Notes: a model not told the origin generated them from the letters alone. Numbered from the stretch's first letter, positions 26,652-36,009 are shown. The stretch is 51,245 bases of DNA from a virus (IMGVR_UViG_3300031578_000051:1-51245); one strand, 5' to 3'. Numbers and translations are program-made.

Positions 26652-27020
26652 ATGGAGAAATTTGACAAAGACATTACAAACAAAATAGTAGATAATCTAG
26701 CCACGTGTGCTGCAATAGTAAACAGCGAGTTCCAACGTGCTGTAGACCGTATTGAAGAGGCAGAGTCCATTAATGAGGTAATGGTGGCGAAGAAAGACCT
26801 AATGATTTCTATAGCAAGAAACATTCCAACCCAGGATGACACATGTTACTTTTGTATCTGTCACAGAAATGAGTTGAATGGATGTGATATCTGTTCTTAT
26901 GCTCAGGCACACGGTAAATGCAGCAAAATGAATGACTGGGGGAAGATGGTTACATTGAAAAATGACTTGATAGATATCATAAAAACCTGCTACTGGACTG
27001 GATGTGAGCTAAATGCCTAA
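26652..27020 (+). CDS. Hypothetical Cys-containing protein
   Basis: CYFC...CDIC..HGKC; RBS. Confidence 0.7.
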   Translation: MEKFDKDITNKIVDNLATCAAIVNSEFQRAVDRIEEAESINEVMVAKKDLMISIARNIPTQDDTCYFCICHRNELNGCDICSYAQAHGKCSKMNDWGKMVTLKNDLIDIIKTCYWTGCELNA

Positions 27021-27693
27021 CACAAAAGATATTAAACTAACTCACATAAAGGTGCTTGTCTGGGGAGAAGCGTTCGCAGGTAAAACCGTATTTGCATCAA
27101 CGTTCCCACGACCATTCTTCTTTGACTTAGACGGTAAGATGTTAAGTCTTGCAGGAAAAGACATAGAATACGAGACCTACACAGGAAAAGAGGGGTATAG
27201 AAAGTTTAGAATAGACTTGCCTAAAGTTGCAGAGCGGGACGACATAGATACCTTAGTGGTTGATAGTTTTTCATCAATGCAGTCATTCTCAATGGATGAA
27301 ATACAGGACTTAAGTGGAAACAAAGGAGCACCACAGATACAAGAGTATGGAATACAAATAGTTAAGTTAAGGAAGTTCCTGTATGAGTTGGTGGCATACA
27401 AAAAGCATGTTGTACTTACTGCACATGAACAAGTATGGCAAGATGGCGTGACGAAAGAGGTTTTTATACTTCCACTGGTGGTAGGAGCTAAACTTCCCAA
27501 CCGCTTGGGCAACTGGTTTGATGAGTTTTATCATATGGAAGCAATACCTACGAAGGGTGGGATAGAATATAAGATAAGAACCAAGAGGTCTCATAAGTAC
27601 ACGTGCGGAACCTGTATAGGAAACCTAGATGAACTTGAAGAACCTGATTTTAATGTTATAATGGAAAAAGCTAAGAAAGGAGGAAAAGTATGA
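27013..27693 (+). CDS. Sak4-like AAA ATPase / ssDNA annealing protein
   Basis: GEAFAGKT Walker A, TLVVDS Walker B, VLTAHE; lies between nuclease and SSB. Confidence 0.82.
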   Translation: MPNTKDIKLTHIKVLVWGEAFAGKTVFASTFPRPFFFDLDGKMLSLAGKDIEYETYTGKEGYRKFRIDLPKVAERDDIDTLVVDSFSSMQSFSMDEIQDLSGNKGAPQIQEYGIQIVKLRKFLYELVAYKKHVVLTAHEQVWQDGVTKEVFILPLVVGAKLPNRLGNWFDEFYHMEAIPTKGGIEYKIRTKRSHKYTCGTCIGNLDELEEPDFNVIMEKAKKGGKV

Positions 27694-28019
27694 TGGCAAT
27701 GGACAAGGAAGAACAAAAGACATTTGTTAATGAGTTCTTGTCTAAAGAAATAAACTGTGACCTAAGAATGAGTGCATGGCACCCAACTACAGAACAGATG
27801 GATTGGTTATTAAATGTACCAAAACTTAGAGCAAAGATACATACTGATTGCCCTCATATACTGAATTTGTATGATGGAGATGGAGAGTATTCTTCTCCCA
27901 CTGAGGTAACAGTATATTTCAAAGATGAACGTATAGATGACATTCGGGAACATGTAAAGTTAAAAGACTTATACAATGAGTGGTACCTAAATAAGCAAAG
28001 AAAGGAGGTGAACAAATAG
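27690..28019 (+). CDS. Hypothetical protein
   Basis: Coupled between ATPase and SSB genes. Confidence 0.7.
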   Translation: MMAMDKEEQKTFVNEFLSKEINCDLRMSAWHPTTEQMDWLLNVPKLRAKIHTDCPHILNLYDGDGEYSSPTEVTVYFKDERIDDIREHVKLKDLYNEWYLNKQRKEVNK

Positions 28020-28379
28020 ATGAAAGTTAATGTAAACTTAGATGACGTAAAGGAACTACAACCAGTACCTGCAGGTAACTACGTATGTAAAGTAATTGAT
28101 GGAGTAGTAAAGGATGGGCCTAAAGGCAAGTACATTGCATGGACACTTGAAATTTCTGAGGGTGAGTATGCAGGTCAGCAACAGTGGCACAATACTTCAT
28201 TAGTACCTGATGCACAATTTGGTCTTAAACGCTTTTTACAAGCATGCGCATTTGAATGGGGAAAGGCATCGTTTAATACTGAAGATGTGTTTGGTAGTGA
28301 AGTAATTGTCAAAGTAGTAGTACAGGATTATGAGGGAGTACCTAAGAACAAAGTGAAAGGTTTTATACCGATTAGCTAG
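28020..28379 (+). CDS. DUF669-like ssDNA-binding protein
   Basis: PVPAGNY...GEYAG...LKRFL...KNKVKGF pattern; Sak4 neighbourhood. Confidence 0.78.
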   Translation: MKVNVNLDDVKELQPVPAGNYVCKVIDGVVKDGPKGKYIAWTLEISEGEYAGQQQWHNTSLVPDAQFGLKRFLQACAFEWGKASFNTEDVFGSEVIVKVVVQDYEGVPKNKVKGFIPIS

Positions 28380-28395
28380 TTCGATAGGACTCCTT

Positions 28396-28435
28396 AAGAG
28401 AGAGGTGGTACACCATATATATCACCTCTCTCTTT
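28396..28435 (+). terminator. Terminator after SSB
   Basis: AAGAGAGAGGTG...CACCTCTCTCTTT. Confidence 0.8.
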
Positions 28436-28455
28436 AAAAGAAAGGAGATGGTTTA

Positions 28456-29100
28456 ATGAGCACAGCAGAAATTCAAAGTAAAGATGGTAAACATCTATAT
28501 GTGATAGAATTTAGTTACTGCCATAATGACAAGTTTCATGTGATAGACTTGTGGGGGGATACTGCTCCTTTTGACTACACTGTGTTGGAGGATTATATAC
28601 TGTATGAAACTAGTTATGGAATGTGGAAGTATTCATTTGAGTATAACAACTGGCACTTTTGTGACTATCCAGGCCCATGTAAATGGAGACTCGCTACCAT
28701 AAGAGAAAGTGGGATACCACATGAACACTTAATGAGGAATGACATGGTAGATAGTTTTGCTTACGCTGTTAGTCAATGTACAGACAAAGACATTAGGCAG
28801 TGTGTTGATTGGTACAAAATGATGGCAGAAGGAGAGGAGAAGATGCTCAGGGGTTTGTCAACACCTATCTTTACAAATATAACTGAAGAGAAAGGAGGAA
28901 ATGAGATGACTAAATACTTATACCACGTAATTCTTTTTAACAAAGAGACAGAAACTATTGACTTTAAAGAGTACATACCTGCAAAGGACGCTTCGGATGC
29001 ATCAATGCAAGCTGCTCAAGCTTACGGTAAATATGACTCCAATGTACACATAGTAATTGTAAAGCAAATTGACTACTCGCAATATGAGGTAAAGAAATAA
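28456..29100 (+). CDS. Hypothetical protein, possibly two in-frame genes
   Basis: Internal AAAGGAGG plus ATG at 28906. Confidence 0.65.
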   Translation: MSTAEIQSKDGKHLYVIEFSYCHNDKFHVIDLWGDTAPFDYTVLEDYILYETSYGMWKYSFEYNNWHFCDYPGPCKWRLATIRESGIPHEHLMRNDMVDSFAYAVSQCTDKDIRQCVDWYKMMAEGEEKMLRGLSTPIFTNITEEKGGNEMTKYLYHVILFNKETETIDFKEYIPAKDASDASMQAAQAYGKYDSNVHIVIVKQIDYSQYEVKK

Positions 29101-29117
29101 CATGAAATAAATTAAAA

Positions 29118-29216
29118 GGGCTGAGGGTTTCATTGACTTAAGGCGCCTCCTTTATGCTACATGCTCGTCGACCAGTATGTAGTTTTGAAAGCTCTTAAGT
29201 TTCTTTACCTCAGCCC
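29118..29216. ncRNA. Candidate structured RNA (three nested stems)
   Basis: GGGCTGAGG/CCTCAGCCC, ACTTAAG/CTTAAGT and CTACATGCT/AGTATGTAG pairings in an intergenic gap. Confidence 0.55.
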
Positions 29217-29243
29217 CAAAACATATAAGAAAGAGGTGATAAA

Positions 29244-29531
29244 ATGAGTGCACATAAGAAGATGTGGGAAGAACTTAAAGAGGGTTGGTACGTAAAAAAT
29301 CAGGACGATTACCCTCCTAACACGAGGGATACTATTAGTGAGATTATAGATTATCTTGAGAGAAAACATTTGCGTGCTGAAATAGTGCCTGTAAAAATAG
29401 CAGTAGAAGTTAGACAGTTAAATCGTATAATTAATAAAATAGATGAAATGATAATTGGTATGAATGTGTGGCCTGGTGACATAGTCAAGATGTTAGAAGA
29501 ATTAAAACATAATACAAAGGAGGTAACATAA
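29244..29531 (+). CDS. Hypothetical protein
   Basis: GAGGTG RBS. Confidence 0.7.
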   Translation: MSAHKKMWEELKEGWYVKNQDDYPPNTRDTISEIIDYLERKHLRAEIVPVKIAVEVRQLNRIINKIDEMIIGMNVWPGDIVKMLEELKHNTKEVT

Positions 29532-29536
29532 AAAAT

Positions 29537-29656
29537 ATGTATAAAATAGAATGCACTGATAAAGGGCTTGAGGTGCACCAGGTTATTGACGGGTGGGTAT
29601 TTACGACAATTGTCCCACCCAACATTCCTATAATTGTGATGAAAGGAGATAAATAA
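29537..29656 (+). CDS. 39-aa hypothetical protein (not in ORF track)
   Basis: GGAGG upstream; fills the gap exactly. Confidence 0.5.
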   Translation: MYKIECTDKGLEVHQVIDGWVFTTIVPPNIPIIVMKGDK

Positions 29657-29657
29657 G

Positions 29658-29903
29658 ATGGAAGGTAAAATAAGTAACAAAAATGTAGATACGAATTATT
29701 TTTTAGAATGTATTTTTTGTGGAGAAAATAAGGAAATAAGTTTAGTGGCACACAGACATTTCATTAGTAACAATATAAGGGGTTTTGTAGTTGTTTGTCA
29801 GGATTGTTTAAAAAATAAATTACAAAACAATGATTGGTATTTTAAGGTAGATTGTGTATTTGCGAAGGAGGCGAAAGAAGATGACAAAAATAAAGATAGA
29901 TGA
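29658..29903 (+). CDS. Small zinc-finger protein
   Basis: CIFC...CQDC. Confidence 0.65.
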   Translation: MEGKISNKNVDTNYFLECIFCGENKEISLVAHRHFISNNIRGFVVVCQDCLKNKLQNNDWYFKVDCVFAKEAKEDDKNKDR

Positions 29904-31155
29904 CATAAATGTAGGTGAGAGAGTAAGGGCAGACTACGGAGATATATCTGCTCTCGCTACATCTATCCAGCGGTATGGATTATTACATCCTATCGTAATT
30001 GACGAGAAGAATAATCTTATCGCTGGTGAGCGTAGATTAAAAGCACATGTTAAACTTGGTAAGAAGGAGATAGAAGTTAAACGCTTCTCAGAACTAAGTG
30101 ATATAGACAAGAAAGAAATAGAGTTAGAAGAAAACATACAAAGGAAATCTCTTGAGTGGCAGGAACTCGTATTGGCTAAGTTATCATTACATGAACTCCG
30201 CCAAACGTTATATGGCACAAGAACAGGTCATACTGGTGGTGAAGGTTGGGGTCTTTCAGATACAGCACTGGCATTAGACCAAAGTGTAGGGACTGCGTCT
30301 ATGGACTTACAATTAGCACGAGCCATTAAGAACTTTCCAGAGCTTAGAAAAGAGAAGACAAAGTCAAATGCATTTAAGAGGTATAAACAGATGGAGTCAG
30401 TACTATTGCGCACTGAACTAAACAGGAGAAGAACGAGAGATGTAACTCCTAACATAATTCTTGGAGACGCTGCAATAGAATGTAAGAAGTGGGAAGATGA
30501 GAGCTTTGATTTCTTCATAACTGACCCTCCATATGGACAAGACTTAGATAAGAAGAGTGATAAAGGTAAAACTGTGAGTGGTGTAACGTATGAAGATGAC
30601 CCTTATCTTATAATGGAATTACTTCGTAAGGTAACAAAGGAGTTGTATAGAGCACTCAAGCCAGATAGACACATGATTATTGCATTCTCTATGACCCACT
30701 ATATTAAACTAAAGCAGCTATTAGAAGATGCAGGATTTCATGTAGACCCAACTCCGCTTATATGGAACAAAGAGAGTGGGAGTACACCCTCTAATGGGGA
30801 CTTCTTCCCCTACGCCTATGAGCCAGCATTCTGGTGCATGAAAGGAAGGAGAGGACTTAACTCCACCGCATGTAATATGTTTACATGTAAGCGAGTACCT
30901 GTGAAGCACAAGTATCATCCGCTGGAAAGACCACAAGAATTATTAGTAGCTTGGGTAGAGGCAGTATCATTTCCTGGTGAAAAGGGCGGAGACCCGTTTG
31001 GCGGCGGAGGTTCACTAATGGAAGCATGTATAACTACAGGAAGAGAGTGTGTCATCATAGAGAAAGATGAAGCTAATTATTCCACTATTGTTAGTAGATA
31101 TGAGGAACTAAAAAAGAAGATGGCAGAGAAGAAAGCTGAGGTGAAGGAAGTATGA
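29881..31155 (+). CDS. ParB N-terminal domain fused to N4/N6 DNA methyltransferase
   Basis: GLLHPI, LIAGERRLKA, ELEENIQRKSL (ParB); HTH-like middle; TDPPY and DPFGGGGS (beta-class MTase); GGAGG RBS before ATG 29881. Confidence 0.88.
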   Translation: MTKIKIDDINVGERVRADYGDISALATSIQRYGLLHPIVIDEKNNLIAGERRLKAHVKLGKKEIEVKRFSELSDIDKKEIELEENIQRKSLEWQELVLAKLSLHELRQTLYGTRTGHTGGEGWGLSDTALALDQSVGTASMDLQLARAIKNFPELRKEKTKSNAFKRYKQMESVLLRTELNRRRTRDVTPNIILGDAAIECKKWEDESFDFFITDPPYGQDLDKKSDKGKTVSGVTYEDDPYLIMELLRKVTKELYRALKPDRHMIIAFSMTHYIKLKQLLEDAGFHVDPTPLIWNKESGSTPSNGDFFPYAYEPAFWCMKGRRGLNSTACNMFTCKRVPVKHKYHPLERPQELLVAWVEAVSFPGEKGGDPFGGGGSLMEACITTGRECVIIEKDEANYSTIVSRYEELKKKMAEKKAEVKEV

Positions 31156-31358
31156 AGATAATAAAGATTAAGAGATGTTGGGAGTGTCCACATAGAGATA
31201 ATAGAGCAATGTGCATGGAAAAAGGATACAAAGATATTGAACACAAGATTGAGGAAGCTGGAGATCTTCCCAAGTGGTGTCCCCTAGAGGATTACAAAGC
31301 ACGTACAAAAAAGGAGGCGGAAGATGATTGTAAAACCGACAGGCCCAGAAAATGCTAA
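31152..31358 (+). CDS. Small Cys-rich protein
   Basis: CWECP...C...PKWCPL. Confidence 0.7.
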   Translation: MKIIKIKRCWECPHRDNRAMCMEKGYKDIEHKIEEAGDLPKWCPLEDYKARTKKEAEDDCKTDRPRKC

Positions 31359-33597
31359 AATAGCTATTGTAGGAGAATGCCCAGGAAAAGATGAAGAGAG
31401 AATAGGCAGACCTTTTGTAGGTGGGGCAGGCAAAATATTAGATGGCATGTTATTAGAAGCAGGTATAGACAGACGTGATTGTTATATAACTAACGTGATG
31501 CACATAAGACCCGTTAATAACGACTTTGGAGAATTTTATGAGGATGCAAGTAGGAAGCACCCCAATAAGCTTTTAATGGAAGGGTACAGAAGGCTGGTTG
31601 ATGAGTTAAATATAGTAAAGCCTAATGTAATAATAGCTCTTGGTAATGAAGCACTCAAAGCTCTTGTAAACAAAACTGGTATTACAAAGTACAGAGGTTC
31701 TATACTAATAGATAAGACATCATCTTTGAATATATTTAAAGTAGTTCCTACTATCCACCCCGCTGCCATAATGCGCCAGTGGGAACTCCGCCCTCTTGCT
31801 GTTATGGACTTAAGACGTGCATTAGAGGAGTCAACAACACTAATGTTTATCCCTACGTACAGAGTGTGGAAGAAGATAGAAACATTATCTGAATTGGAAA
31901 CAAAAGTAGACCTTTATTTGAAGCATGCCAAGTACATATCTTTTGACATAGAGACGTGTAACAACCAAATTAGTTGTATAAGTTTCGCCAAGGATGAATT
32001 TAGTTCCTTTACAGTTCCTATATGTATGTTTGATAAATCATCTTGGACTGAGCAGGAAGAGTTGTTAGTATGGTTACAGATTAAACGTCTACTTGAGTCT
32101 GATATACCAAAGATAGCGCAGAATGCTAACTTTGACATGTTTTATCTTATGTCTACTGTAGGAATTGATGTTAAGAACTTATGGATGGACACTATGATTG
32201 CTCACCATTGTTTATATCCAGAACTACCAAAGAGCCTGGCAACACTATGTTCAATGTACACTCGAGAACCATATTATAAGGACATGGTAGCGGAAGACTA
32301 TTATCATTATAACTGTCTTGATGCTATGATAACATGGGAATGTGCTATGGTAATTGAGAAAGAGTTAATTGAGTTTGGTGTAGATGACTTTTATCATAAG
32401 TACCTTAACCACGTTATTCCTATTCTTCTTAACATGCAACTACGTGGTGTTAGAGTTGATACAAAGAAGAGAGCGTTAGCTGCTGAGGACTTAAAGAGGG
32501 TGATGAATGAACAACAAAAGAAATTAGATGACGCAGTCGGTCATGAATTAAATGTAAATTCTTCTAAACAGATGAGCGACTTCTTATACAGAGAATTAGG
32601 CTTACCAATACAGTCCCACAGAAAAACAGGAAAGACATCTACTAATGAAGCCTCACTAAAAAATCTTGCAAGGATAGCACCTAATTCTCTGTTTGATGTT
32701 ATTATAAACATCAGAGAAACAAAGAAGTTAGTATCAACATATCTTGAGTCTGAGTTAGACCCTGACGGTAGATTTAGATGTTCATACTTGTTATCTGGAA
32801 CTGAGTCTGGTAGACTTGCATCGAGGATGTCCGCTACAGGCACTGGTGGTAACTTACAAAATGTACCTAAAGGAATTGCAAGGGAAGTGTTCATACCTGA
32901 TGAAGGTAAGGTGTTTATGGCAGCGGACTTATCACAAGCAGAAGCAAGAGTGGTGGCATATCTGGCAAAGGAGCAAGGCTTGATAGAAATATTTGAGTCA
33001 GGGAAAGATATACATAGTCAGGTAGCAGCAAGTATATTTGACAGGAAACTGGAAGATGTATCTAAAGAAGAAAGGGAACTTGCTAAAAGAATTGTACATG
33101 CTAGTAACTATGGTATGGGAGCCAGGCACTTTGCCGAATTAACAGAACTAAGTACTGCGGATGCGCAAGAGAAACTTAACTTATACCACATACATTTCCC
33201 TCGAATTAGAATATGGCACATGGAAGTAGCGAGAGAACTTAAGAGAAGTAGGATACTTACGACACCAATGGGAAGAAAGAGAATGTTCTTTGGTAGATGG
33301 AACGATGACTTATTAAGAGATGGATATAGTTACATACCACAGTCAACCGTTGCGGATGTAGTGTTACAAGGCATGATTAACATACAGAACGCATTACCCA
33401 GCAGTTGTAACATAGTATTTAATATACACGATGAAGTTGTGATACAAATACCCATTGTGTGGGATTTAAGTAGCACTGTTTACAAGATGGACGAACTTAT
33501 GATTAAATGTATGTCCATCCCCATAGAAATTCATGGAAGAACATTGACAATCCCTGTCAATGTTAAATGCGGGAGTAATTGGGACGAGGTGTCATAA
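31324..33597 (+). CDS. polA: Family A DNA polymerase with N-terminal family-4 UDG-like domain and 3'-5' exonuclease
   Basis: GECPG...PFVG and HPAA (UDG); FDIET, NANFD, YNCLDA (ExoI-III); DLSQAEAR, KRIVHASNYG, IHDE (motifs A-C). Confidence 0.93.
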   Translation: MIVKPTGPENAKIAIVGECPGKDEERIGRPFVGGAGKILDGMLLEAGIDRRDCYITNVMHIRPVNNDFGEFYEDASRKHPNKLLMEGYRRLVDELNIVKPNVIIALGNEALKALVNKTGITKYRGSILIDKTSSLNIFKVVPTIHPAAIMRQWELRPLAVMDLRRALEESTTLMFIPTYRVWKKIETLSELETKVDLYLKHAKYISFDIETCNNQISCISFAKDEFSSFTVPICMFDKSSWTEQEELLVWLQIKRLLESDIPKIAQNANFDMFYLMSTVGIDVKNLWMDTMIAHHCLYPELPKSLATLCSMYTREPYYKDMVAEDYYHYNCLDAMITWECAMVIEKELIEFGVDDFYHKYLNHVIPILLNMQLRGVRVDTKKRALAAEDLKRVMNEQQKKLDDAVGHELNVNSSKQMSDFLYRELGLPIQSHRKTGKTSTNEASLKNLARIAPNSLFDVIINIRETKKLVSTYLESELDPDGRFRCSYLLSGTESGRLASRMSATGTGGNLQNVPKGIAREVFIPDEGKVFMAADLSQAEARVVAYLAKEQGLIEIFESGKDIHSQVAASIFDRKLEDVSKEERELAKRIVHASNYGMGARHFAELTELSTADAQEKLNLYHIHFPRIRIWHMEVARELKRSRILTTPMGRKRMFFGRWNDDLLRDGYSYIPQSTVADVVLQGMINIQNALPSSCNIVFNIHDEVVIQIPIVWDLSSTVYKMDELMIKCMSIPIEIHGRTLTIPVNVKCGSNWDEVS

Positions 33598-33626
33598 CTA
33601 AAAAGGAGGTGAAAGGAGTGATGTAA

Positions 33627-34862
33627 ATGAACCAAAGAAAAATCAAGGGCAGCTGGGTTACAGAGTATCTTCGCTTTACTGAAAATCAAGAGTCTCCAGG
33701 CATGTTCCATTTATGGGTTGCTATATCTGTTGTAGCATCTACTCTTGAACGTAACGTGCATCTTAATAGAGGATACTATCTGTTATATCCTAACTTATAT
33801 ACAGTACTTGTGGCTGACTCAGAGGTATGTATGAAAACAACAGCCGCTGATATAGGCATGAATATATTAGGACAAATAGAAAATCCTCCTGCTGTTTTTG
33901 CACAGAAGATAACACCAGAAGCACTTGTGTCTGGTATGTGCAATGAATGTGCAATAGATGAAGCAGGCACGGTGTATAAGAATGCAGCAGCGGTTATCTA
34001 TGCAGAAGAATTATCAGTATTTCTTGGAAGAGAAGCATACGCATCAGGTATGGTGTCAATACTTACATCTCTTTATGGTTGTCGAGACAAATGGGAGTAT
34101 GAAACTATAGGCAGAGGAAAAGATGTTGCATATAATACATGTGTTAACTTACTTGGTGCATCAACACCAGAGTGGTTACGTATGTCTATCCCTATTGATG
34201 CAGTTGGTGGTGGTTTTACATCTCGAATTATCTTTGTATATCAAGATGCATCTGATAAGGAAAATCCTCACCCTGAGATAACAGCAGAGGAAGTAGAGAT
34301 GAAGAAAAATCTTATCCACGATTTATCTTTAATTCGTAGGATAAGAGGCGTGTTTAAGTTCACTCCCTCAGCCAAAGAGTGGTATTCTAAGTGGTATCAT
34401 GGATATAGGAAGGCACAAGCAGAAGGGAAGTCAACTATGGTAAGGAAGAAGGACATTATATTAAAGGTTGCTATGTGCTTGTCAGCGTCTGAGGATGACT
34501 CATTATTAATAACAGATGAACATCTTTCAAAGGCTACTGCAATATTAGACTCTAATGAACTGTTCCTACCTGAAGCAATGAGGATACTTTCATCTACGCA
34601 AGTCGGTGTGGATGCAAATAGAGTCGCAACTATAATTAAGAAGTATGAGAATGGAATTATGCATAGTGAGTTGATGAGAGCAACAGTATATACGTTAGAT
34701 AAGACGAAGTTAACAGAGATTGTAGAAACGTTAGCATCAGCTAAGATAATAACGGTGGAGTTAGTTGGTGATAAGAATGAGAGAATGTACAAGTACAGTG
34801 AGACTAAAATATCAAATGCACATTTTGCAGATAAATTTCAAAAGAAAGGAGATGAGAAGTAA
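33627..34862 (+). CDS. DUF3987-like replication ATPase/helicase
   Basis: YPNLYTVLVA...KTTA, ITPEAL, EELSVFLG, LLGASTPEWL, GGFTSRIIFV motifs; follows PolA. Confidence 0.75.
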   Translation: MNQRKIKGSWVTEYLRFTENQESPGMFHLWVAISVVASTLERNVHLNRGYYLLYPNLYTVLVADSEVCMKTTAADIGMNILGQIENPPAVFAQKITPEALVSGMCNECAIDEAGTVYKNAAAVIYAEELSVFLGREAYASGMVSILTSLYGCRDKWEYETIGRGKDVAYNTCVNLLGASTPEWLRMSIPIDAVGGGFTSRIIFVYQDASDKENPHPEITAEEVEMKKNLIHDLSLIRRIRGVFKFTPSAKEWYSKWYHGYRKAQAEGKSTMVRKKDIILKVAMCLSASEDDSLLITDEHLSKATAILDSNELFLPEAMRILSSTQVGVDANRVATIIKKYENGIMHSELMRATVYTLDKTKLTEIVETLASAKIITVELVGDKNERMYKYSETKISNAHFADKFQKKGDEK

Positions 34863-35071
34863 TGTGGTGTATAAATCTAAGTAATCTTGCAACATGGGTT
34901 CTTTGGGTTTTGGCAGCTGCTAGTTTTGTAGGAGTTGTTTGTCTTATGATCTCGGTACATTACCTGGAGATTATGATAGCTATGTGGAAACAACGCATCT
35001 GGGCTAATGAGAATGATATAGCAAGTTTGAAGGTTGATGTAAGATATTCAATGAAGAAGGAGGTGAAATAA
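34862..35071 (+). CDS. Small membrane protein
   Basis: N-terminal hydrophobic helix. Confidence 0.65.
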   Translation: MWCINLSNLATWVLWVLAAASFVGVVCLMISVHYLEIMIAMWKQRIWANENDIASLKVDVRYSMKKEVK

Positions 35072-35072
35072 A

Positions 35073-35234
35073 ATGCCAAAAGAAAATGATTTGCTTCTAT
35101 TTTTAAAAGAACAGCTTGAACACGTAAAGAACAGAATTAAGGGTAGAAACTACAGCAGTGATTTGGATGAACAAGTAGTATTATGGGATTTGTATGAACT
35201 AATCTTAAATAACATAAGAGAGGAGGAAAAGTAA
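35073..35234 (+). CDS. 53-aa hypothetical protein (not in ORF track)
   Basis: AAGGAGGTG RBS. Confidence 0.6.
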   Translation: MPKENDLLLFLKEQLEHVKNRIKGRNYSSDLDEQVVLWDLYELILNNIREEEK

Positions 35235-35395
35235 TGGATAGAGTTTTAGTGTTCTTAGTAGCTGTGGTCTTGCTCTTGTCTCATATGGCAGCCTACCATT
35301 TGGGTGGGATAAAGGCATGTGATAGCATAGAGAAAGCATTAAAAGAAGTGAAAGCATTAAAAGAAGTGAAAGCATTAAATAAGGAGGTGAAATAA
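35234..35395 (+). CDS. 53-aa membrane-anchored protein with KALKEV repeats (not in ORF track)
   Basis: GGAGG RBS; TAATG overlaps at both ends. Confidence 0.6.
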   Translation: MDRVLVFLVAVVLLLSHMAAYHLGGIKACDSIEKALKEVKALKEVKALNKEVK

Positions 35396-35739
35396 TGGGA
35401 GTATATGATATAGTATGTGGCATTCAAGTTAAGTGCACCCCAGACCAGACACTTAAAGAATATAAGCTTGGCGATTTAATAGACTTAAAAAATGGAATTT
35501 ACATTGGGTATGAGGGATGGTTTAACGTGAGAAACCGCAAGGTTGTTGATAGTGGTAAAGATGTCTATGATAAGTGGGGAAACTTACTATCAATAGAGGA
35601 AATTTTAATAAACAATCCAATAGTAGAAGGAATAAGAAGTAAGGATAAATACACAGCCGTAGAAGCGCCTCAATTTGTAGACCCAATAGAGTATCTTAAA
35701 GAACCACATTTAGGTGAAACCAAAGAAGGAGGGAGGTGA
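35395..35739 (+). CDS. Hypothetical protein
   Basis: AAGGAGGTG RBS. Confidence 0.7.
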   Translation: MGVYDIVCGIQVKCTPDQTLKEYKLGDLIDLKNGIYIGYEGWFNVRNRKVVDSGKDVYDKWGNLLSIEEILINNPIVEGIRSKDKYTAVEAPQFVDPIEYLKEPHLGETKEGGR

Positions 35740-35998
35740 AAAAATGACTTTATTAGAAATGATTAAGAAGTATGAGAAGAAGAAGGCTGATATAGTGGCA
35801 GACTGTGGAGGTCGTCCAACAGGTGATATGGTAATTGTAAACGCCATTCTTAGGGACTTACATGAGATAGAAGAACAACAGCCATCGTGGGTTACGGTAA
35901 GAGATAAGATAATGAAGAAGATAGATACTGAAATAGGTTATGAGCATTATGAGAGTGCACAGATATTGGCACAAACTTTAACTCTGCTTCCAGGATAA
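35714..35998 (+). CDS. Hypothetical protein, last gene of rightward arm
   Basis: RBS before internal Met (MTLLEM). Confidence 0.65.
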   Translation: MKPKKEGGEKMTLLEMIKKYEKKKADIVADCGGRPTGDMVIVNAILRDLHEIEEQQPSWVTVRDKIMKKIDTEIGYEHYESAQILAQTLTLLPG

Positions 35999-36009
35999 AC
36001 TAAAAAGAA

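Noticed and set aside
18460-35423. Minus-strand ORFs over the early/replication arm
   Set aside because: Antisense shadows of the dense plus-strand gene set
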